NCBI GenBank assembly: GCA_963849325.1
Contig: CAWKHF010000003.1
Location: forward strand, 32,001 to 96,000
DNA: 64,000 bases
Direction: 5' to 3'
From: an uncultured Planctomycetota bacterium
GTDB lineage: Bacteria; Planctomycetota; Planctomycetia; Gemmatales; Gemmataceae
Shown: one piece after another, positions 32,580 to 45,127 of the stretch
Layout: the number at the start of each line of letters is the position of its first letter
How positions within the stretch are numbered: position 1 is the stretch's first letter
Notes under the pieces: generated by a model
Database searches by the model: none
What the model was told of the DNA's origin: nothing
What the model saw: the letters and a program-made list of their open reading frames with translations, nothing else
Made by a program: the position numbers and the translations under genes

Positions 32580-33683
32580 ATGAAAGTCCTCTGCCGCCGC
32601 GAAGAGTTGCTGTCGGCCTTCCAACAGGCGAGCGTGGCCGTGCCGGCCCGTGATTTGAAGCCCGTCCTCCGCAACGTCAAGGCGGTTGCCGAGGAGGGTC
32701 GCTGCACGCTCCTGGCCACTGACCTGGAGTTGGGCACCCGCCTGGAGGTGCCGGGTCTGACCGTGGAGGAGCCGGGCTCCGTACTCTTGCCGGCGGCTCG
32801 GCTGCACGCCATCCTGCGCGAGTCCCCGGATGAAACGCTGGTCGTCGAAACCGCCGACCAATCATGCCTGGTGCGGGGGGAGCACAGCGAGTTCGAGTTG
32901 GCCGGCGAGGATCCGGCGGCTTTCCCTGACGTGCCGGAGTTCGTGGCGGACGCATACCACGAGGTGCCAGCCTGCGCGTTCCGCGAGTTGATCCGCCGGA
33001 CCGCGTTTGCGGCCGCGACCGACACCAGCCGCTATGCCATCACCGGCGTCCTCTGCGAGCTGGACGGGTCGGTCGCTCGGCTGGTGGCGACTGACGGCCG
33101 GCGGCTGGCCGTGGCCGAGCGCGAGGCCGTCGCGCACGGGGAGCATTCCACGAAGGGACAAGTCCACATCCTGCCCCCGAAGGCCCTCCAGCTGCTGGAC
33201 CGCAACCTGCACGATCCGGCCGAGGCGGTCCGCGTGTCACTGTCGCCCAACGAGGCCCTGTTCCGCACCACCCGGGCGACGATTTACACCCGGCTGGTCG
33301 AAGGCCGGTTCCCGCCGTACCGAGAGGTCATTCCCAAGAAGCCGGCCGCCAAGGTCGGCCTCCCGGTGGACGCCTTCCACGCGGCCGTGCGTCAGGCGGC
33401 GATCATGGCGGACCAGGAGAGCCGCAAGGTGGTTCTCGGCTTCGCCAAGGGCAAGCTGACGCTCAAGGCCCAGGGTTCGGACGTTGGCCGGTCCCGGGTC
33501 GAGATGCCGTTGGAGTACCAGGGCAAGCCCCTGGAGATCGCCTTCAACCCGCAGCTGCTGACGGACATGCTGCGGGCGTTGCACGGGGAGGAGGCGGTGG
33601 AACTGGCGCTGACCGACGGCGCCAGCCCGGCACTGTTCCGCTGTGGGGGGAACTACTCCTATGTCATCATGCCGCTGACGTGA
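32580..33683 (+). CDS. dnaN: DNA polymerase III beta sliding clamp (element-borne copy)
   Basis: LLATDLELG, RYAITGV, VATDGRRLA, RLVEGRFPPYREVIP, IAFNPQLL and YSYVIMPL; not in a dnaA-recF context. Confidence 0.92.
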   Translation: MKVLCRREELLSAFQQASVAVPARDLKPVLRNVKAVAEEGRCTLLATDLELGTRLEVPGLTVEEPGSVLLPAARLHAILRESPDETLVVETADQSCLVRGEHSEFELAGEDPAAFPDVPEFVADAYHEVPACAFRELIRRTAFAAATDTSRYAITGVLCELDGSVARLVATDGRRLAVAEREAVAHGEHSTKGQVHILPPKALQLLDRNLHDPAEAVRVSLSPNEALFRTTRATIYTRLVEGRFPPYREVIPKKPAAKVGLPVDAFHAAVRQAAIMADQESRKVVLGFAKGKLTLKAQGSDVGRSRVEMPLEYQGKPLEIAFNPQLLTDMLRALHGEEAVELALTDGASPALFRCGGNYSYVIMPLT

Positions 33684-33805
33684 GCCAACCCGAAGTGGAG
33701 CGTCGGTTCGGCAGGGGCGCGTCGCCGTCTCTTCCGCAGGGTAGAGGTCTGCGGGTGCCGGCATGCCGTTGCCTGGTTCGGATTCCGACACAAGGGGAAA
33801 TCGAA

Positions 33806-34909
33806 GTGAGAACGCTGGCAGAACTCCAGGCGGAATGCGCGGGACTTGGCCTTGCGGTCACGAGCGGGGGCCGGCCGAGCAAGGAAGCCTACGTTGCCGC
33901 CCTGCGCGAGCATTACTGGCATCGGGAGTACCCGGAGCGGCCATTGCCGCCGCAGGTGTTGCCGATGCTCCTCGGGGTCTGGGCCGACCTCGACCCGGCC
34001 GATGCGGAGCAGATCGAGCAAGAAGGTTCGGGCTGGCTGGTGCAGCCCAAGCTGGACGGGGTACGGGCGCTGCTGCACGTCGGGGCGGACGGGGTCCGCA
34101 TTACCAGCCGCCACGTCAGCGTCGTGAGCTACCGCTTGGCCGAGTTGCAGGACAACTTGCCCCACTTGGCGGAAGGGCTGGGGGCACTGCTGGGAACTGT
34201 CTTGGACGGCGAGCTGGTCTGCCCCAGGGCGGTCCTGGATACCGGTACCACCGTGACGGCCCATCCGCTCCAGGCCGCAATGGCCGTCCTGGCAACGAGT
34301 CCTGTCGCTGCACGTCAGTTGCAAGAAAGGTACGACGCCCGGCTCCGCTTCCACGCCTTTGACGTCCTCAGCTTCCGCGGGACAGACGTCACTCGCTTGC
34401 CCCTGCTGGACAGGCAAGACGTGCTGGCCGAGGCGCTGGCCGCGGCAGACACTCCTTACCTGGAGTCGGTGCCGGCCTTCGTGATCGGCAAGGGCGCGGT
34501 CCATCGCAGGCTGATCGAGCGGGAAGGCGAAGGGACGGTGTGGAAACGCCTGGACGGGCTTTACGAGCCCGGACGCAGGGTGACTCATTGGCTCAAGCGG
34601 AAACGAGGGGTCGAAGTAGAGGCGTTCGTCACCGGCTGGAAGCCCGGCGGGGAGGGCAATGGCCACGCCCACCTCGTTGGGGCCGTCGAATTCAGCGTCC
34701 GACGGGATGACGGCTCCGCCTGCCCCGTGGCCTGGGTAAGCGGCTGGACCGACGCCGAGCGGCGCGCGCTGACGACCCACGATGCCACGGGTGCCAGCCG
34801 GCTGAACCCGAGCTACCTGGGCCGGCGGGCGCTCATCGCTGGCCAGGACCACGCGGCCAAGTCACGCCGGCTCCGGCACGCGCGCTTCGTATCGTGGGTA
34901 CAACCCTGA
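33806..34909 (+). CDS. ATP-dependent DNA ligase
   Basis: Motif I QPKLDGVR, LDGEL, FHAFDVL, EGEGTVWK and WLKRK, plus an OB-fold tail. Confidence 0.88.
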   Translation: MRTLAELQAECAGLGLAVTSGGRPSKEAYVAALREHYWHREYPERPLPPQVLPMLLGVWADLDPADAEQIEQEGSGWLVQPKLDGVRALLHVGADGVRITSRHVSVVSYRLAELQDNLPHLAEGLGALLGTVLDGELVCPRAVLDTGTTVTAHPLQAAMAVLATSPVAARQLQERYDARLRFHAFDVLSFRGTDVTRLPLLDRQDVLAEALAAADTPYLESVPAFVIGKGAVHRRLIEREGEGTVWKRLDGLYEPGRRVTHWLKRKRGVEVEAFVTGWKPGGEGNGHAHLVGAVEFSVRRDDGSACPVAWVSGWTDAERRALTTHDATGASRLNPSYLGRRALIAGQDHAAKSRRLRHARFVSWVQP

Positions 34910-34937
34910 CCAGGCCTTTGCCTCCTAAGGCCCTCCT

Positions 34938-36226
34938 TAGTACACAAAGGCATTGAAAAGGTGGCGAAATCATGCGGCCTGTGCGGGTTCGGGCGGACTG
35001 CTCGATTCGTTCGGCAGTCGCGGCTCGCACTTGGCCATGATCTTCGCCACCGACTTCGTACTCCAGGCAAACGGATGAGCGACTTCGTTCCACCCCCGAA
35101 GGAACGCTTCCAGCCGCTCCGCCAGCGCCGCCTTGTCGGCGAAGTCAGCGATGCACAGCCGCTTCCGCTGCAAGATGCTGAACCACTGCTCCCCCTGGTT
35201 CATCCACGAGCAAGGAACCGGCGGGTGATGGAAAACAAAGCGCGGGTGCTTCGCCCGCCACGCTTGCACCTGCTGGCCCTTGTGCATCCGCAGGTTGTCC
35301 AGCACTACATGGATCATCGTGACCGTCGCCGGGATCTCCCGGTCCAACATCTCCAGGAAGGCGATGAACTCCGCCTGCCGCTTGCGCTCCGCCGTCATCC
35401 CGTACACCTTCCCCGTGCGCGTGTCGAAGGCGGCGAAGAGGTTCAACGCGCCGCAGCGCCCGTACGCGTGCTCGACGCGCACCGGCTGCTCCGGCAAAGC
35501 CGGTCGCGTCGGCGCCATCCGCGGCCGCGGCTGCAAGCTCGTCTTCTCATCTACGCACAGCACGACCTCGTGAGCCGCGAGCGGCCGCGTGTACAGATCA
35601 CAGACCTCTTGGACCTGGGCGGCGAAAGCCGCATCGCGGGGCACCTTGGGGGACAGCCACAAGTGGTGGCGCCACGGCTGGAGCCGGTGGTTGTTCAAGA
35701 TCCGGCCGACGGTGTCGGCCGAGATGCTCTCGACCAAACCGTCGTTGACCAGTTGGCGGGCCAGTTCCTGGCAATCCCACTGGGCCAGCGAGCGGCCGTA
35801 GCGATCGGGCCGTTCGCAGGCGACCTTAACCAGATGCAGCGCGACCTCGGGGGGAAAAGACCGGCCGGCGTCCGCGCCCCGGTTGGTCGTCTAGCCCCGC
35901 GGTCCCCTGTCCGAGGAAGCGGCGCACCCACTTGCGGGCGTTGTTGGGCGCCAGGCCGGCGATCTGGGCGGCCTCCGTCACGGAGCGGCCCTCGCTCAAG
36001 GGCAGGATCAGTCGCCCCCGGCGAACGAGCCTGCGGGGAGGGTGGTGGAGCGCTGCCAGCGCAGCCGTTCCGCTCGTTGAGGATCGGTTAATTCTACGGA
36101 GAACATTTTCTTGCGGCCGCGCATGGGAACACCGGGGAAAGAAAGCCTGGAATGCTCGTAACCCCGATTGTCCTTCTTGCCCAGCTGATGTCAATTAGCG
36201 CTGCTTTCAATGCGTAGCTGTACTTA
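34938..36226 (-). mobile_element. IS630-family insertion sequence; transposase in two frames with a TTTTCCCCCC slippery site (~35848-35858)
   Basis: HTH ORF (ARKWVRRF...GLDDQPGRGR) plus DDE ORF (VDEKTSLQ, VLDNL, SWMNQGEQWFS); imperfect TIRs GTAC...GCATTGAAA with TA at each end. Confidence 0.9.
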
Positions 36227-36399
36227 GGCAGCCGCGGGGGTGCGAAAGGTAAGAATGCGGGCCGCTGGCGAGCTTTTGGCACGGGGATTGTGCGCAAGAG
36301 AGACGACGCCTCATGCGAGGGCGACCCGGTGCCTGAGCCGACCGCGCGGTACTCGGCGTGCCGGACGCAGGCACCGCCAAGCGCAGACCGCAGGTGCGA

Positions 36400-36873
36400 A
36401 TGATGAGTACGCCAGGTGATCCGCCGCTGGAGAACTGCTTCCTCTACCAAGTCCAGCGGCTCCTCCGGGCGCTCCGCGAGTCCTTCGAGCGGCGGTTAGC
36501 CCCACATCACCTTTCCATCTCGGAAGGAAGGGTGCTGATTCACTGCTCCCAGGGCGTCGGAACCCCCGCCGGCTTGGCCGATTGTCTCGACATCGACCGG
36601 GCGGCAGTTACGCGCCTCGTGGACCAACTGGAGCAAAAGGGTCTGCTGTCGCGTGAACCTAACCCCACGGATCGTCGCTCGACCGTCGTCCGGCTGACCG
36701 AAACCGGCCGCGCACTGGTGCCCCAACTCAACGAATATGCAAAGGCAACTGACCAAGAATTCCTCGGACATCTACAGGGCAACCGGGTGACCGAACTTCG
36801 GCAACTCCTCCAAGAAGCGGTTAGGGGTCTCCCCAGGCGAAGCTACGACGGCGACGAATGCCCGGAAGGGTAA
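36400..36873 (+). CDS. MarR-family regulator
   Basis: LADCLDIDRAAVTRLVDQLEQKGLLSREPNPTDRRSTVVRLTETG. Confidence 0.9.
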   Translation: MMSTPGDPPLENCFLYQVQRLLRALRESFERRLAPHHLSISEGRVLIHCSQGVGTPAGLADCLDIDRAAVTRLVDQLEQKGLLSREPNPTDRRSTVVRLTETGRALVPQLNEYAKATDQEFLGHLQGNRVTELRQLLQEAVRGLPRRSYDGDECPEG

Positions 36874-37263
36874 TTGCCTCTTTTGAGCCGGCACTACAAC
36901 CGCTTACGGAGCGACGCCGGTCGTATACCGTCGCAACGTACCAGGCCCATTCCAAATGGCCCGCCCGAGAGCCGTCGCACCTTCACTGGACGATAATCCT
37001 TATCGTCGTCGTGGGGTAGCGGCTCCTCCCCGCCCGCGCCCGCAAACCAAGTGTCCCGTCAAGCTCCCTCCCGCAGAACTCTGAAGAATCGAGACTGGCC
37101 ATAAATCCGGCCGACCGTCTTTGCGACCGGCCGCCGACACCGCCGTCACGCGAGATGCCCGTAATGCCTGCCGGAGGCCCGGATACTGGAGTGTCCGTCG
37201 GGGCCGTGAGAGGCCGCCCGGGTGGTGTGGCTCGGCCTCGACAGGTTTCTTTGGGGAACCCCT

Positions 37264-38160
37264 ATGCCACGACAACTCCCTGCCGCCGAAGAACTCCGCG
37301 GGGCCAATTTCCTGTCGGCCCGGATCCCGCAGTGGTTGCGGGATCTGTTTCACCGGCACCGCAGTGCAAGCAGGCTCGCGGACGGCTCGCCGATGCCCGC
37401 TTATGCTTTCGCGGAACTCATCTGGCGCGAGGGCGGCTCTCCCATGGCCCAGCCGCTCATCCCAGCCCTGGGCGTGAACGCAGCCCCCGCAGCCGTCAGC
37501 TTTCGTCTCACCACGGAAACCTACAACCGCTTGCGGTCAGACATCCGGGCCTCGCAAGTCCCCAAGGACCAGTTCATCGCCAGGGAACTCGTGACGCGCC
37601 TCCGGACGATTCGGCTGGACCTGGTTCAGCGCCAGGAAACGCCGGAGCCGGTGCGCGTGGTGTGCGCCAACACATTGTCGCTGGCCCACCGCCAGGGGGC
37701 GGGCGAGGGCGTCAGCATCATGCACAAGGGCGACCTGCAGGCCAAGATCCGCCAGGCCCAGGAGGTGCTGGGGCTGGCCCGCCGCTTCTTCGACGACGCG
37801 GCCGCAGTCATCGACCGGCTGGCCGGCTACTCGCCAACGTCAGCCCAGCTCGCGGCCTATTTCGCCGAGCTGTACCCCGACCCGGAGGGGGGCAAGGACA
37901 ACGCCCGGGCGGCGAAGGCCCGCACCGAATTGCAGCGGCTGTTTGAAGAAGGCCGTGGGCACGACCAGCCCGGCGTAAAGGGAACGGCCTGGGCGGCCTA
38001 CAACGCGGGTCACCGAGTACGTGGATCACCATCGCCAGGCCCGGGCGCGAACGACCGCGACCGCGCCAGCCGCCGCCTCAACTCCGTCTGGTTCGGCTCC
38101 GGTGCCCGACTCAAGGCCCGCGCCTGGAACCTGGCCGCCGCGATGGCCGGGGGCGACTGA
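37264..38160 (+). CDS. DUF932-like C-terminal half fused to an unrelated N-terminus (probable chimera or pseudogene)
   Basis: PVRVVCANTL, IMHKGD, KGTAWAAYNA and SVWFGSGARLKARAW; first ~125 aa do not resemble DUF932; local frame disturbance near 38010-38040. Confidence 0.7.
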   Translation: MPRQLPAAEELRGANFLSARIPQWLRDLFHRHRSASRLADGSPMPAYAFAELIWREGGSPMAQPLIPALGVNAAPAAVSFRLTTETYNRLRSDIRASQVPKDQFIARELVTRLRTIRLDLVQRQETPEPVRVVCANTLSLAHRQGAGEGVSIMHKGDLQAKIRQAQEVLGLARRFFDDAAAVIDRLAGYSPTSAQLAAYFAELYPDPEGGKDNARAAKARTELQRLFEEGRGHDQPGVKGTAWAAYNAGHRVRGSPSPGPGANDRDRASRRLNSVWFGSGARLKARAWNLAAAMAGGD

Positions 38161-38351
38161 CCAACCGGCACGCGCTCCCCGGGACATTCCACCGGGGAGT
38201 GTGCCAGCCCTGCCAACACTCAAAGCCTCCTGGGGACAAGCACGAGACTCCCGGTGCCGGCGGATACTGCGGTCGAGGTGACCGAAGCACTCACCGCTCG
38301 GCTGGAGGGCTCTCCGCAAGGTGACGAGAGCCGATACGGCGCGGAGGCTCC

Positions 38352-39242
38352 TCAGGCAAACCGCCCAGAGTGGAACCGCACCCGTTCGCCGTGCCGGGCC
38401 AGCACCTCGTACTCCTCGGCTGGTAGCGGGCCAGAGGCGGAGAGAACTTCCAAGTCCTGGTCGAGTTCCGCCCAGGTGTGCGGGGCGGCCAGGACGACGG
38501 AAACGGCCGGCTGCTGCAGGGCGAACCGATACCAGGCGCGGGGCGGGGGTGGGGTGAATGCGGGTGGGTCGTCCGGTGTTGGCCGCAGCAGTGCTCCCCA
38601 CCGGAGGGCGGTGTAGGCGATGACCGGCAGGCCGCGGGCGGCGGTCACCGGGAACACCTCCTGCTCAGCCCCGCGGTGGGCCGCGTTGTACCGGACCATG
38701 ACGCAGTCGAGCAGCCCCGAGGCGGCCATCGTCGCCGCGAGTGGGCGCTGGTGGCTCGTCACCCCGAGCCGCCGCACGACCCCGTCCGCCTGTGCGGCCC
38801 GCAGGTACTCGACCACCCCGCCCGGGGCGGTAAGCGCTTCCCACTCGTCCGCCCGCTCGACGTAGTACAGGGTGAGGACGTCGACGTAGTCCGACCGTAG
38901 GGCGGACAGCACCGACCGGAGTTCCTGGGTGGCCTCCGGGGCGGTTCGGGCGGAGAACTGCACGCACACCGCGACCCGGTCGCGTTCCGGGCCGAGGGCG
39001 GTGACTGCGGCGGGGAACGACTCGTCGTCGGGCGGTCCCTCGGCGAAGCCGGTCCAGTTCAGGAAGTTCACGCCGCGCCCAACCGCGGCGAGCACGTCGT
39101 CGGGCGTGATCGCGGTGGCACCATGCGAGGCAAGACCGAGGCGGCAGACGGGCTTGCCGAACTCCCGCGCCGGGCGAGTCAGGAATGGCGCGAGCGCCGG
39201 GGCATCGGGCGGCGTGCGCTCTTCGCGAGCGGGCTGGTTCAT
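38352..39242 (-). CDS. Aldo/keto reductase-like protein
   Basis: VCRLGLA, LRSDYVDVLTLY, GVVRRLGVTSH and MVRYNAAHR. Confidence 0.8.
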   Translation of the reverse strand: MNQPAREERTPPDAPALAPFLTRPAREFGKPVCRLGLASHGATAITPDDVLAAVGRGVNFLNWTGFAEGPPDDESFPAAVTALGPERDRVAVCVQFSARTAPEATQELRSVLSALRSDYVDVLTLYYVERADEWEALTAPGGVVEYLRAAQADGVVRRLGVTSHQRPLAATMAASGLLDCVMVRYNAAHRGAEQEVFPVTAARGLPVIAYTALRWGALLRPTPDDPPAFTPPPPRAWYRFALQQPAVSVVLAAPHTWAELDQDLEVLSASGPLPAEEYEVLARHGERVRFHSGRFA

Positions 39243-39298
39243 TGCGATCTCCGCATCACCGGATGGCATCTCGCCGGCCTGTCGTCATTCGCGGCCGC

Positions 39299-41038
<1,740 letters not shown>

Positions 41039-41120
41039 TTATCCCTCTCTTGAGCTCCTGACTCTGGCCCAGGCGTGCGGTCGATCACGACGGATGCGAC
41101 CGGGCCGGCTCCCCGCGTCA

Positions 41121-41864
41121 TTACCAGGGCTGGTTGGCCGGGCCCACCGTGAACTCGTTGATGGTCGTGTCCTCGGGCTGGTCAATGGCGAACGCCACCA
41201 CACTCGCAACCCGGTCCGGCGAGATCCCGTATCGCTCATAGATCTTCTGCATCCCGTTAGCCGTGTCCTTGTGGCTGATCATGCCCAAGAGCTCGGTGTT
41301 GATCGCGGCGGGGTAGATCGTCGCCGTGCGGATGTTCGTCCCCTCCATGGCGGACTCCATGCGGAGGACCTCCATGAAGTCGCGCACGAACCATTTCGTC
41401 CCGCCGTACACCGCCCCACCGGGGTAGGCCTTGAGCCCGGCCACCGACAACGTCGCGATGACGTGCCCGGACTTCTGCTCGACGAACGTCGGCAGCACGG
41501 CCGCGACGCCGTTAAGGACGCCCTTGATGTTCACATCGACCGTCTGGTGCCAGTCGTCGGTCTTCAGCGCCGAGAGCGGGGAGTTCGGCATGATGCCGGC
41601 GTTCAGGAAGATCACGTCCACGCGGCCGAACGTCTCTCTGGCCAGTTTGACGATGGCCTCGTTGTCGAACGGTTTCGTCACGTCCAACTCCCGGTAGACG
41701 GCCTGGCCGCCGTCCTTCTCGATCGCGCCCGCGATCTGCTTCAGCTTGTCTTCTCGTCGGGCGCCGAGGACGACCCTGGCGCCTTTGCTCGCGAGCAGCT
41801 TCGCGGTCGCCTCACCGATCCCGGATGACGCGCCGGTGATAACGACGACTTTATTCTTGATCAT
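41121..41864 (-). CDS. SDR oxidoreductase
   Basis: ITGASSGIG, LNAG and YGGTK. Confidence 0.92.
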   Translation of the reverse strand: MIKNKVVVITGASSGIGEATAKLLASKGARVVLGARREDKLKQIAGAIEKDGGQAVYRELDVTKPFDNEAIVKLARETFGRVDVIFLNAGIMPNSPLSALKTDDWHQTVDVNIKGVLNGVAAVLPTFVEQKSGHVIATLSVAGLKAYPGGAVYGGTKWFVRDFMEVLRMESAMEGTNIRTATIYPAAINTELLGMISHKDTANGMQKIYERYGISPDRVASVVAFAIDQPEDTTINEFTVGPANQPW

Positions 41865-41920
41865 GTTGGTCCTCCGCTCTTGTTGATCTGGTGATGGGTT
41901 TGCTGAGCTTCTCTTTCCTT

Positions 41921-42689
41921 TCACACGACCGTCATCCCGCCGTCCACGGTGAGGGCGTGGCCGACGACGTAACTCGCCGCCGGGCTGCACAGCCACAGGA
42001 CGGCCGCGGCGATCTCCTCGGGCCGGCCCGCGCGGCCGATGGGAACCTGCTTTGCGAACTCGGCGTACGCCCGCTCGTCACCGCTCGACGACGTCGCGGG
42101 CGATCTGCGTGTCGATGAGGCCGGGGTTCACGGCGTTGACGGGGATGCCGCGCTTGACGTACTCGAGCGCGGCGGTCCGCGTCAGCCCGACCACCCCGTG
42201 CTTGGAGGCGATGTAGAACCCGATGCCGGGGTTGCCGGTCAGGGCCCCGACCGACGCGTTGTTGACGATGGCGCCGCTACCCTGGCGCTCCATCTGCCGG
42301 AGCTCGTGCTTCATGCAGCTCCACACGCCCCGCAAGTTGACCCCGATCACCCGGTCCCACTCCTCGCGGGTGCTGTCGGCGGTCGGCGCGATTCGGGCCA
42401 TGACCCCGGCGTTGTTGAACGCGGCGTCGAGCCGGCCGAATTGGGCGACGGCGCGGTCCACCATCGCGGCCACCTGGGCGTCGTCACTCACGTCGCACCG
42501 AACGGCGAGCGCCTCGTAGCCGGCGGCGACGAGCTGCTCGGCCGCCGCCTTCACCGCGTCCTCCTTAAAGTCCGCGAGGACGACGGCCGCGCCCGCCTCC
42601 GCGAACGCCCGCGCCGTTGCGAGTCCCATACCGGCCGCGGCCCCGGTGACGAGGGCCACCTTCCCGCTGAAATCCAACGGATTGCTCAT
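41921..42689 (-). CDS. SDR oxidoreductase (frameshift near 42090)
   Basis: [14 protein letters not shown] and YIASKHG; C-terminal [10 protein letters not shown] in a shifted frame. Confidence 0.88.
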
Positions 42690-42708
42690 GATGTCCTTCC
42701 TTTCTCAG

Positions 42709-43884
42709 TCACCCCTGGTAACCGTCCGCTGTCAAACACCCTTGACGCACCGTTGCCGCGCGTTCTCCCTGGTGGGAGTAGAGCGGCAGGGTCTTCGCGA
42801 ACCCCTTCGCGTGAAAGATCGCGGAGCCCCGTCCCCCCTTGCCGTCGGTCGTCACGACGTACAGGTCGTTGGTCCCGGGCTTGATCGCCAGGCTGGTGGA
42901 ACTCAGGTTGTGCCCCTCGTTCCGGCCCGGCAGGAGCACCTGCCCGATGGGAATGCCGTTCCGGTTGAGCACCAGCACCCGGCCCTGCCCGTACATCGCC
43001 ACGTACAGGTTGCCGTCGGCGTCGGCCCGCATCGAGTCCGGCGCCGGGCCGGTGAAGTGGTACGCGACGGCCGTACCGACGGGCGCGATCGTCGTCGCGT
43101 CTGCCAGTTGCACCCGGTGCAGCAAGTTCCTGCTGAACTCCGTCGTCCACAGCTCCCGCCCGTCCGGGCCGAGCGCGACGCCGTTGGCCATCGCCAGGCG
43201 CGGCAGCACGGGCGTGACCACCTTGAAGTCCGGCGAGACGTAGTAGACGCCGCCCTTCGGGTCGGTGGAGGTGCCCCGGAAGTCGGTGAAGTAGAACCCG
43301 CCCCGGGCGTCAAACACCAGGTCGTTCGGGCAGTAGCCGTCTGCCTCCGGGACGATCGTCTGCATCCCCGACCCGTCCGGCCGCACCGCGACGACGGCCC
43401 CGGTGCCCTTGGCGAGGTCCAGGGCGGCGATGAAGACGCGCCCGTCCCTGTGGACCGCGAGCCCCGCCGGGCCGAGCCGGTCCAGGGTGAGGACGGTGGA
43501 CAGCCGCTTCTCCGGCGTGACGCGGAGCACCCGCCGGCCCGACAAGTCGCTGAAGAGGAGGCTCCCGTCGCGGGCGAAGGCCGGGCCCTCGAACACCTGC
43601 CCCTCGTCGGAGACCTTGAGCCAGCTTTCCGCTACGACGGCCTGCAGGCCCCGCTCCGCGGGCGGGATCGGGACTGGCCCTCGCGTCAGCGCGTCGTAGG
43701 CCAGTTCGGGGGGCATCCCGCCCCGCTGCGCGTGGGCGGCGGCGACGAGGGCCGCGCAGAGGGCGGCAAGGACCAGGGGGCGGCGCGGGACGAGCGGGAG
43801 GTGTCCCCGCCGGGCCGGACTCGGCCCGCGATCGACGCCCGTCGTGGCATCGGTTTCGGACGCGACCTTCGCTGCCGTTGTCAT
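42709..43884 (-). CDS. SMP-30/gluconolactonase-family (Drp35-like) lactonase with signal peptide
   Basis: FEGPAF, PNDLVFD, ANGVALGPDG and PDSMRADADGNLYVA. Confidence 0.88.
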   Translation of the reverse strand: MTTAAKVASETDATTGVDRGPSPARRGHLPLVPRRPLVLAALCAALVAAAHAQRGGMPPELAYDALTRGPVPIPPAERGLQAVVAESWLKVSDEGQVFEGPAFARDGSLLFSDLSGRRVLRVTPEKRLSTVLTLDRLGPAGLAVHRDGRVFIAALDLAKGTGAVVAVRPDGSGMQTIVPEADGYCPNDLVFDARGGFYFTDFRGTSTDPKGGVYYVSPDFKVVTPVLPRLAMANGVALGPDGRELWTTEFSRNLLHRVQLADATTIAPVGTAVAYHFTGPAPDSMRADADGNLYVAMYGQGRVLVLNRNGIPIGQVLLPGRNEGHNLSSTSLAIKPGTNDLYVVTTDGKGGRGSAIFHAKGFAKTLPLYSHQGERAATVRQGCLTADGYQG

Positions 43885-43952
43885 GTATCACCTCTCAGGG
43901 TTGTAGGAGATTTATATTTTTTGTTGGCAGGTGTTCTTGTCATTCATCGCGA

Positions 43953-44973
43953 TCAAAAACCCTCAAGCACGATCTTGCCGCGTGCTTTGCCGCTCGCCAG
44001 CAGCCGGTGTGCCCGTTTGAGGTTGGCCGCATTGATCGTGCCCATGGTTTCAGTCAACGTCGTCCGAATCTTGCCAGCATCAATCAGGTCGGCCACTTGT
44101 CGGAGTATGTCGCCTTGCACGCTCATATCCACTGTCTGCATCAAGGAGCGCATAAAGACAGCTTCGAGGTGAACCGAAATGCACTTTCATTTGAAGGGGT
44201 TCACGTCGAACGTCTCTGGACTGTCAATGTAGCCAAAGCGCCCTTGAGCGCGAGCAGCTTAACGATGTCGTCGCGATACTTGAATACTTGACTGAACCGG
44301 CTGTCGAAAACACGAAGCCGGGCGCTCCAATGCCCAGAGCTTCGATCTGTGGGGCCAGGGGCTGGCTATGATCGACGACATAATGCGCGCCGAGGCTGGA
44401 GCACCATTCCTTGGTTTCCGGTCGCGATGCGGTGGCGATCACCGTGAGATCGGTTCGGACGCGAAGCAATTGGATCGCCATTGATCCTACACCTCCAGCG
44501 GCACCGATGATGACCACTGCCGGGGCGGCTCCCGGGACGGGGCGTGCCACGTCGAGACGCTCGAAAAGCATTTCCCAAGCTGTGAGGGAGGTCAGCGGCA
44601 AGGCAGCCGCCTGGGCATCGGAGAGGGATGCCGGAGCCTTCGCCGCGATCCGTGCATCGACAAGGTTGTACTCCGCGTTTGTCCCCTGCCGCCCAATGGC
44701 CCCGCAATAGTAAACCCTGTGTCCGATCTCGAAACCTTGGACGAGCGATCCCTTTCCTACGACGGTGCCGGCAGCGTCCCATCCCAAGATGCGAACTTCG
44801 CCCTCGGCGGCTGAACTGCTGGAACGGATCTCGCAATCAATCGGGTTGACAGCAGTGGCCGAGATTTCGACGAGCAGGTCGTGATCCGTGGGAACGGGTT
44901 TCGGCAGGGTAATGTCTATGAGGGCATCGTCGCGGTCGATTGGTCCCTTGTCTCTGTAACCTACGGCTTTCAT
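43953..44973 (-). CDS. Zinc-type alcohol dehydrogenase-like / quinone oxidoreductase (MDR), frameshifted near 44150-44290
   Basis: AVNPID, LGWDAAG, AAALPLTSLTAWE, IIGAAGGVGS and GKARGKIVLEGF. Confidence 0.85.
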
Positions 44974-45127
44974 AATTCTTATCCTCGATAGCTAGTTTCT
45001 AGAGATTGACTTCATTGCGTAGTTGATAGAGGTATCGATCACGCGGTAACCGTCCGCCAGAGCGGCCTTCACCGTGTCGACGCTCTCTTCGGGGCCGGAC
45101 TGGAGGACGCCAAGCCGGAGAGCAGGG

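Noticed and set aside
32580-33683. Chromosomal replication origin region around dnaN
   Set aside because: No dnaA, recF, gyrB or DnaA-box cluster; the context is a mobile element.
35848-35858. IS630 frameshift as a mutation or sequencing error
   Set aside because: It falls on a TTTTCCCCCC slippery run at the usual HTH/DDE boundary, consistent with programmed frameshifting.
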